Shown in pieces: positions 36,284 through 42,421 of a stretch of 42,421 nucleotides of DNA. The notes below the pieces were generated by a model. That model was not told where the DNA came from. It ran no database searches and saw only the letters and a list, made by a program, of their open reading frames with translations. Made by a program: the position numbers and the translations under genes. This stretch comes from Asticcacaulis sp. GTDB taxonomy: Bacteria; Pseudomonadota; Alphaproteobacteria; Caulobacterales; Caulobacteraceae. The stretch's first letter is position 1. The number at the start of each line of letters is the position of its first letter. The DNA is taken from NCBI GenBank assembly GCA_047605065.1, contig JASGGL010000001.1, positions 1 to 42,421 of the forward strand, written 5' to 3'.

Positions 36284-37111
36284 CTATGCCTTTGGCGTTG
36301 CGGCAATGAAGGCGCGCACGGCTTCGGCCGTAAAGCCTTCGGTGCGGTAATCGCGCAGAGACTTCGACCCCTTGCGCTTGGCCAACCTGCGGCCGTCTTC
36401 GTCCAGCAGCAGGGCATGATGGCGATAAACCGGGGTGGAAAGCCTCAGAAGGTGTTGCAGAAGGACCTGCGTGTGGGTGGCGGCAAACAGGTCGTGGCCG
36501 CGATGGATGTGGGTGATGCCCTGACGGGCATCATCGACCACCACGGCCAGATGATAGGCGATGCCGATATCCTTGCGCCCCAGCACCACATCGCCATTCA
36601 CGTCGGGACAGGCCGTCTGCCAGCCGTGCTCACCGTCCGGGCCTGCGCCGGTTTCCTCAAATCCCAGATGCGCCCACTGCGCCCCCAGGGTTTCACGGGC
36701 GGCGTCAAGCGATAGCCGCCAGGCCGGTTCGCGGCCCTCGACCGGCTCATCGAACACGCTGTCGCCCTCCTGAGGGGCCGACAGCGCGGCCTGCATCAGC
36801 TCTTTACGCGTCCGGTAACAGGCATAGACCAGCCCGCGCGCTTTCAGGTCTTCGAGCGCCGTCTCGTAATCCGCAAGGTGCGCCGATTGCCTGAGGACCG
36901 GTTGCGGCCATGCGATCTCCAGCCAGTTCAGGTCCTCGTATATGGCCGTCTCGAACGCCGGACGGCAGCGGGTGATATCTATGTCTTCGATACGCAGGAT
37001 GAAATCGCCGCCGTTTGCCCGCGCGGCGTCAAAGGCCGTCAGCGCCGAGTAAGCGTGTCCGGCGTGCAGGTAGCCGGTGGGCGAGGGCGCAAAGCGCGTG
37101 CGGTAGGTCAT
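36284..37111 (-). CDS. gluQ: tRNA glutamyl-Q(34) synthetase
   Basis: TRFAPSPTGYLHAGH, LRIEDID, YHLAVVVDD and RLAKR. No anticodon-binding domain (275 aa). Confidence 0.93.
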   Translation of the reverse strand: MTYRTRFAPSPTGYLHAGHAYSALTAFDAARANGGDFILRIEDIDITRCRPAFETAIYEDLNWLEIAWPQPVLRQSAHLADYETALEDLKARGLVYACYRTRKELMQAALSAPQEGDSVFDEPVEGREPAWRLSLDAARETLGAQWAHLGFEETGAGPDGEHGWQTACPDVNGDVVLGRKDIGIAYHLAVVVDDARQGITHIHRGHDLFAATHTQVLLQHLLRLSTPVYRHHALLLDEDGRRLAKRKGSKSLRDYRTEGFTAEAVRAFIAATPKA

Positions 37112-37193
37112 GCCCTTGATCTATCAGAAGGAAAGGTTAGTTTAAACCTCAATGCCGCCACTGCTGTCGAGCGGCGGCGTAAAGGGGGGAGAT

Positions 37194-39128
37194 ATGGGCG
37201 GGCGTACAATCGAAGTGCCTCAGGCGCGGACGCCGTGGGGTTGGGGCGGCGGCGTCGAAGAGCGCTACCGTCCGATGATCGGGCAACTCGAAGACTATGC
37301 GCAACGTCATCCGGGCCTGTATCGCTGGCGGGTGTTGGGGGGCGCATTAATGGGATACGCCTATCTGGGGGCGATCCTGATCGGGCTGGCGGTCGTGATC
37401 GGTTTGCTGGTCGTGGCGGCCTTTGCGGCACATCTTACCTTTCTGCTGGGCAAGGGCGTTATCATCCTGCTGGCGGCAGGGTTTTACGTGCTGCGCGCCC
37501 TGTGGGTGAAGTTCGACAAGCCGAAGGGTGTTGCCGTTACGGCGAAGCAGGCACCTGAGCTTTTTTCCGCGCTGGTTCATATTCGGCGTGAAACCGACGG
37601 TCCGAAGGTGGGCAAGGTTCTGCTCACCGAGGATTTCAACGCCGCCATCGTTCAGGTGCCGCGTCTGGGCATATTCGGCTGGCATCAGAACTACCTGCTT
37701 CTGGGCCTGCCTTTACTGATGGCGCTGAGCGAGGGGGAGGTCAAGGCCGTCGTTGCCCACGAATACGGACATCTGGCCGGGGCGCATGGTAAGATGTCGG
37801 CGTGGGTTTATCGCGTGCGCCGCACCTGGGCGCGTCTGTCCGAAGCCTTCGAAAGCGGCGGCATGGCGTTTATGCTCAAAGGCTTTTTCCGTTGGTACGG
37901 CCCTTGGTTCAACGCCTATAGCTTCGTTCTGGCGCGCGCCAACGAATACGAGGCCGACCGTTGTTCGGCGAAGGTGGCCGGATCGCAGACCGCGGCTTCG
38001 GCGCTGGCGCGGGTCAGCGCCGAGGACTATCGCTACTCGGCGCACTGGGATACCCTCTATACCCATAGCCGCCATAGCGAAAAGCCGGAAACCATGCCCT
38101 ATACGGCGCTTGGGGTGCGTTTTGCCGAACCGCTGGCTATGGCGGATCAGCAGCGGGTGCTTAAAGGCGCGCTCAGTCAGGTTACGGGGATGGACGATAC
38201 GCATCCGTGCCTGTCCGACCGTCTGCGTGCGCTGGGGGAAAATTTGCCCGAGTTGTCGCCCGTGGTCAGAAGCGGGGCGCAGGCCTTGCTGGGCGACGTC
38301 CTGACCCGTGAAATGGTCGCGCGTTTCGATGCCAGTTGGTGGCAGGACCGGGCCGCGACATGGGAGGATAATTTCCGGCAGGCCGAAGAGCTGCGGGCGC
38401 GGCGACGCGAACTGGATACGCTGTTTCAGCAGGGGCCGCTTGAAGAAGAGCTGTACTGGGAGCGGCTCAACCTGATTGAATACGAAGGCGATGTGGATAC
38501 GGCGCTGTCTCTGGCAGAGGCATGGGCAGAGACGCATCCGGACGACATGATCGTGCGGCGACGGGTGGCGCAGTTCTATCTTGAGCGCGGTGAAGCCAGA
38601 GGTGTCGATACCATGCAGGCCGTGCTCGACACAGGCGACCGGGAGCAACGCCGTCAGGGGCTGCACGCGCTGGCGCACTATTACGGGATGCATGATGCCG
38701 AAAATCCGCTTAGGGATAAGGTTATCGAGCAACTGATCGAAGCGGAACGGTTTTCGCAGTATGTCGACGATCAGTTCTCGCGTCTGCCGCCGGACGCGCG
38801 CCTTGATGCGCCTGATCTGTCGTCTGAGACGCGTGAGGCGCTCACGCAGATTCTGGCGTCGCATTATCGCATCAAATCATTGTGGATCGCACGACGCTGT
38901 TTGCCAGAAGACGAAACCGTGGTTCAGCATGTCGCGCTCTTTATTTGCCGCGACAGGTACACCGGGATGGACGTCAAGGACGCCTTCATGGATGACCTTC
39001 TGCGTTGCCTTCAACCGCACGGCGCGGCGCTGGCGCTGGAAAATGGTCCCGAGCGCGAATGGCTGCGTAAACGCATGGTTCAGACAGAGGGGGCAGAGGT
39101 GCGGCGCCATAGCGTGACACAGGGCTGA
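37194..39128 (+). CDS. M48-family zinc metallopeptidase with C-terminal TPR-like extension
   Basis: N-terminal TMs, DFNAA, AHEYGH (HExxH), NEYEAD and DTHP. Confidence 0.9.
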   Translation: MGGRTIEVPQARTPWGWGGGVEERYRPMIGQLEDYAQRHPGLYRWRVLGGALMGYAYLGAILIGLAVVIGLLVVAAFAAHLTFLLGKGVIILLAAGFYVLRALWVKFDKPKGVAVTAKQAPELFSALVHIRRETDGPKVGKVLLTEDFNAAIVQVPRLGIFGWHQNYLLLGLPLLMALSEGEVKAVVAHEYGHLAGAHGKMSAWVYRVRRTWARLSEAFESGGMAFMLKGFFRWYGPWFNAYSFVLARANEYEADRCSAKVAGSQTAASALARVSAEDYRYSAHWDTLYTHSRHSEKPETMPYTALGVRFAEPLAMADQQRVLKGALSQVTGMDDTHPCLSDRLRALGENLPELSPVVRSGAQALLGDVLTREMVARFDASWWQDRAATWEDNFRQAEELRARRRELDTLFQQGPLEEELYWERLNLIEYEGDVDTALSLAEAWAETHPDDMIVRRRVAQFYLERGEARGVDTMQAVLDTGDREQRRQGLHALAHYYGMHDAENPLRDKVIEQLIEAERFSQYVDDQFSRLPPDARLDAPDLSSETREALTQILASHYRIKSLWIARRCLPEDETVVQHVALFICRDRYTGMDVKDAFMDDLLRCLQPHGAALALENGPEREWLRKRMVQTEGAEVRRHSVTQG

Positions 39129-39215
39129 GGGCCGGGAAGTGAGAAAAGTGCAGGGGCGGGACCGTCACCTAAACTTCACTGTTTTCTTTTGCCGGAATCG
39201 GGTTCTAAATGCCGA

Positions 39216-39224
39216 TGTGGATAA
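39216..39224 (-). promoter_or_regulatory. Perfect DnaA box (TTATCCACA on the minus strand)
   Basis: TGTGGATAA on +, 89 nt upstream of the HNH start. Confidence 0.55.
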
Positions 39225-39312
39225 ACTTCTCACCTAGAAGGAGTTCGGTCTTCCGGTACGCTTATCCCGTTACATCGCCTGCCCCTCCTTCGCTGTCTGT
39301 CCGGAGGGCGTC

Positions 39313-39873
39313 ATGCAGGTTCTGAAAAATCCGCCGTCTGACCGGCGGGCTCTGGTGCTGAACGCTGATTTCAGACCGCTTTCCTATTACCCGCTGTCGA
39401 CCCGCCCCTGGCAGGATGTCGTCAAGGCGGTATTCGAAGGCCGGGTCGATGTGGTGTCGACCTACGATGTGGAAATCCGCTCGCCGACGCTCAGTATGCG
39501 CCTGCCCAGCGTCATCAGCCTGAAAACCTATATCGATCAGAACCGCCCTCCGGCCTTTACGCGCTATAATGTCTTCCTGCGCGATCAGTTCACCTGCCAG
39601 TATTGCGGTTGCCGTCATGACCTGACCTTCGACCATGTGCTGCCGGTGTCGCAGGGTGGTAAGTCGAGCTGGACCAATATCATCACCGCCTGCGCGCCCT
39701 GCAACTTGCGTAAAGGGGGAAAAACACCCCAACAGGCGCATATGGCGCTGACCAAAAATCCACACCGCCCGACAATGTATCAGCTTCAGGAGCTCGGACG
39801 TCGTTTTCCGCCTCACTATCTTCACGAAAGTTGGCTAGATTACCTGTACTGGGATACGCTGCTCGAAAGCTGA
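39313..39873 (+). CDS. HNH endonuclease (McrA-like, stand-alone)
   Basis: ALVLNADFRPLS, RDQFTCQYCG, TFDHVLPVSQGG and NIITACAPCN..KG. Confidence 0.93.
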   Translation: MQVLKNPPSDRRALVLNADFRPLSYYPLSTRPWQDVVKAVFEGRVDVVSTYDVEIRSPTLSMRLPSVISLKTYIDQNRPPAFTRYNVFLRDQFTCQYCGCRHDLTFDHVLPVSQGGKSSWTNIITACAPCNLRKGGKTPQQAHMALTKNPHRPTMYQLQELGRRFPPHYLHESWLDYLYWDTLLES

Positions 39874-39908
39874 GCCGCGTATGTGGGTCATTTTCGGGCA
39901 GATGAACG

Positions 39909-40226
39909 ATGTCGCAGCGTGTGCGTTATGAGTTGGATCGTCGGCAATTCGGCGTGATCCGGTTTCCGCGTGAAAAAGGGCAGACCGTTATCGCGCTCAA
40001 GCCGATCGAAGCCGCGCTGGCCCGGACGCTGGACGTGCAGGTCGAGGCCCGTCGTGAACGCCTGTTCGGCCCGAAGGTGCCGCGCTTCTCTTTTCAGGGT
40101 GAAGTGATCGCCGTCAAGGTGCTGGACTCAGGCGATGCCATGCTCGATCTGTCGCTGGTCGACGATGAAACGCGTGAAACCATTATCGAGCATATGCGGC
40201 TCTCCGAGGATTTCGAGAGTTTCTGA
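39909..40226 (+). CDS. Hypothetical protein (105 aa)
   Basis: Host-like codon usage and fills the gap between genes. No recognised motif. Confidence 0.7.
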   Translation: MSQRVRYELDRRQFGVIRFPREKGQTVIALKPIEAALARTLDVQVEARRERLFGPKVPRFSFQGEVIAVKVLDSGDAMLDLSLVDDETRETIIEHMRLSEDFESF

Positions 40227-40320
40227 GCCTGTGCGTGGAAATGATGGGCTCCTCTCTGAATACAGATGATTATGTCATTTGCTGTTTGCGATAGCGGCCA
40301 TTCGTTCTATACCTGTTCTT

Positions 40321-41676
40321 ATGCCCCCTGCTTCGAATGACCTGTTTCAGGCCGCCGGTCTGACCCCGCAAGCCCCCACTCTGAACGCCGCCCCCGAAGG
40401 TTTCAAACCTCTGGCCGAGCGGCTGCGGCCGCAATCTCTTTCTGAGATTGTGGGGCAGGATCACCTGCTGGGTGAGGGCGGCGCGATTGCCCGCGCGGTC
40501 GGGCGCGGGTTTCTGCCGTCCCTTGTCCTGTGGGGGCCGCCGGGGGTGGGCAAGACGACGATCGCACGGTTGCTGGCCGCCAGTGTCGGTTACGAGTTCC
40601 AGCAGATTTCCGCGGTCTTTTCCGGCGTGGCCGACCTGAAAAAAGCGTTCGAGTACGCTCAGGCGCGGCGTAATCAGGGGGTACGCAGCGTCCTGTTCGT
40701 CGACGAAATCCACCGCTTCAACCGCGCCCAGCAGGACAGTTTCCTGCCCTATGTCGAAGCGGGGGTGGTGACGCTGATCGGGGCCACCACGGAAAACCCG
40801 TCCTTTGAACTGAACGGGGCGCTTTTGTCGCGCTGTCAGGTCTTTGTGCTTAAGCGCCTTGATGACGAGGCGATGGAAAAGCTGATTACCCGCGCCGAAG
40901 CCCATCTGGGGCGCGCCCTGCCGCTGATGGACGAGGCGAGGGAGACGCTCAAAGGGCTGGCCGATGGGGATGGGCGTTATCTGCTGACGCTCATTGAGTC
41001 TCTGGATTCGATGGGTTTCGAAGCGCCGCTCAACTCTGAGGCCCTGCTTCAGAATCTGCAAAAGCGCCGTCCCAACTACGATAAGGACCGCGAAGGTCAT
41101 TACAACCTGATCTCGGCCCTGCACAAGTCGGTGCGCGGTTCCGACCCCGACGCGGCGCTTTACTGGTTCGCGCGCATGATTCAGGGCGGTGAGGACCCGC
41201 TCTATATCGCCCGCCGGATGCAGCGCATGGCCTCTGAGGATATCGGCAATGCTGACCCCATGTCGCTGATCATGACCAATGCGGCGCGCGAGACCTATGA
41301 AGTGCTTGGCTCGCCCGAGGGCGAACTGGCGCTGGCGCAGGCTCTGGTCCATATGGCCGCCGCGCCGAAGTCTAACGCGGTCTATACGGCCTTCAAGGCG
41401 GCGATGAAGGCGGCGAAGGATACTGCCACGCTCGATCCGCCCGAAGTCATCCGCAACGCGCCGACCAAGTTGATGAAGCAACTGGGCTATGGCGAGGGCT
41501 ATATTTATGACCCCGATGACCCGGATGGCTTTTCGGGACAGAACTACTTCCCCGACGGGATGGAGCGTCCGAAATTCTACGATCCCAAGGGCGAGGGGCA
41601 CGAAGGGAAAACGAAGCAGCGCCTTGAATACTGGGCGGAACTGCGAGCGACAAAGCGGCGACAAAGGGGGGAGTGA
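40321..41676 (+). CDS. rarA: Replication-associated recombination protein A (MgsA/RarA AAA+ ATPase)
   Basis: PLAERLRP, WGPPGVGKTT, FVDEIHRFNRAQQD, GATTENPSF and ISALHKSVRGSDPDAA. Confidence 0.96.
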   Translation: MPPASNDLFQAAGLTPQAPTLNAAPEGFKPLAERLRPQSLSEIVGQDHLLGEGGAIARAVGRGFLPSLVLWGPPGVGKTTIARLLAASVGYEFQQISAVFSGVADLKKAFEYAQARRNQGVRSVLFVDEIHRFNRAQQDSFLPYVEAGVVTLIGATTENPSFELNGALLSRCQVFVLKRLDDEAMEKLITRAEAHLGRALPLMDEARETLKGLADGDGRYLLTLIESLDSMGFEAPLNSEALLQNLQKRRPNYDKDREGHYNLISALHKSVRGSDPDAALYWFARMIQGGEDPLYIARRMQRMASEDIGNADPMSLIMTNAARETYEVLGSPEGELALAQALVHMAAAPKSNAVYTAFKAAMKAAKDTATLDPPEVIRNAPTKLMKQLGYGEGYIYDPDDPDGFSGQNYFPDGMERPKFYDPKGEGHEGKTKQRLEYWAELRATKRRQRGE

Positions 41677-41963
41677 TGACGCTTCTTCGTTTCATTTTCA
41701 AAGCGCTGGCGTGGATCGTGGCGGGGGTGTTTGCGGGGGCGCTGGTGCTGGTTCTTTATGCGCCGGGGCTCCTCGATAAACTGCTTCTCGACATGAACAT
41801 CGATACCGGCGGGCAAAATCTGGTGGTCTGGGCGGCTTTTGTGCTGGGCGCGCTGATCGTGCTGGCCGGATTTGTCGGCGCGGTGAAACAGGCACGGCAA
41901 AGCGACCGGCTCAATCAGCGCAAGCCGGGGGAGCTTACCGGCGTTCAGGACGATGAGCGATAG
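41673..41963 (+). CDS. Small two-TM hypothetical protein
   Basis: GTGA overlap with the rarA stop and two hydrophobic segments. Confidence 0.65.
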   Translation: MMTLLRFIFKALAWIVAGVFAGALVLVLYAPGLLDKLLLDMNIDTGGQNLVVWAAFVLGALIVLAGFVGAVKQARQSDRLNQRKPGELTGVQDDER

Positions 41964-41993
41964 AGGCAGGGGCTTCAGCAAACGGAGGGGGTG

Positions 41994-42421
41994 ATGATGA
42001 AGGGTGGTGAGGGCACGACGACTATAAGGCCTTACGATCTGGCATTCATTCTGGTGCGCCTTTTTTCGGTGTTCCTGTTTGTTGTTGCGGTTCAAGCCGC
42101 GGCGGCGGGGGTAGTCTCTGTCGGGAGGATGGATAGCGTTACGCGCGGTACCATGATGGTGTTGTTTGCGCTCATGCTGGGACTGGCCTTCTTCACATGG
42201 TTTACTTCGGGCTGGTGGGCGAAGCGCATTGCGCCGTCTCAGCCTGCCGTAGACGCAACTCCGGCCACAATCGAGATATGGCAGGCACTGGGCATTCGTT
42301 TGTTTGGTTTCTATATTGCCTATGCCGCGCTGGCGCGGGTGGCCACTTTTCTGGGGCTTATCGCCAATGACATGGACCATGCGGCGTTGGTTGAGGGTGT
42401 GCACATTGGCCAGTCCCAGCA
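41994..42421 (+). CDS. Hypothetical membrane protein, 3'-truncated (not in the ORF track)
   Basis: GGAGG upstream. The frame is open to the window end: MMKGGEGTTTIRPYDLAFILVRLFSVFL...WQALGIRLFGFYIAY... Confidence 0.7.
   Translation, partial: MMKGGEGTTTIRPYDLAFILVRLFSVFLFVVAVQAAAAGVVSVGRMDSVTRGTMMVLFALMLGLAFFTWFTSGWWAKRIAPSQPAVDATPATIEIWQALGIRLFGFYIAYAALARVATFLGLIANDMDHAALVEGVHIGQSQ

Noticed and set aside
39216-39224. Replication origin
   Set aside because: A single DnaA box, with no box cluster, no extended AT-rich unwinding element and no origin-linked genes.
39313-39873. HNH gene as an IscB/Cas9-like RNA-guided nuclease or restriction system
   Set aside because: Only 186 aa with no PLMP, RuvC or bridge helix. 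No methyltransferase and no long structured RNA are evident. It resembles the common stand-alone HNH.

Overview
A GC-rich alphaproteobacterial chromosomal segment. Gene content and order (fliL-fliM-pflI-like-motE-like, flgBC-fliE, fliQR-flhB-cckA) and CtrA boxes point to Caulobacteraceae, possibly Asticcacaulis; the taxon is inferred, not verified. From left to right: the end of a HlyD/ABC-2 exporter operon, a chemoreceptor, pgsA, a CtrA-type flagellar cluster interrupted by NADAR, dsbA, SPFH and membrane-protein genes, cckA, an orphan SMI1/KNR4-like gene, a FadR regulator, a cfa-like methyltransferase, a histidine phosphatase, xseB-ispA-[inserted secreted repeat protein]-dxs, three tandem RcnB-family genes, abgT, a degenerate alpha/beta hydrolase, cspA, gluQ, an M48 peptidase, an HNH nuclease, rarA and two membrane ORFs. 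I recognised no rRNA, tRNA, CRISPR array, transposase or integrase. The most notable observations are: (1) three rcnB paralogues that each have the same TTCA-N7-TTCA-N12-(-10) promoter; (2) a secreted protein made of four GD-x4-C-x55-57-C helical repeats inserted into the isoprenoid operon; (3) a 31-codon bridging ORF with a possible anti-SD switch inside the ABC operon; (4) a duplicated abgT 3' end flanking a hairpin repeat; (5) a probable pseudo-esterase; (6) a hairpin-split ribosome-binding site or uORF before the SPFH gene. All calls come from reading motifs by eye; no database searches were run.
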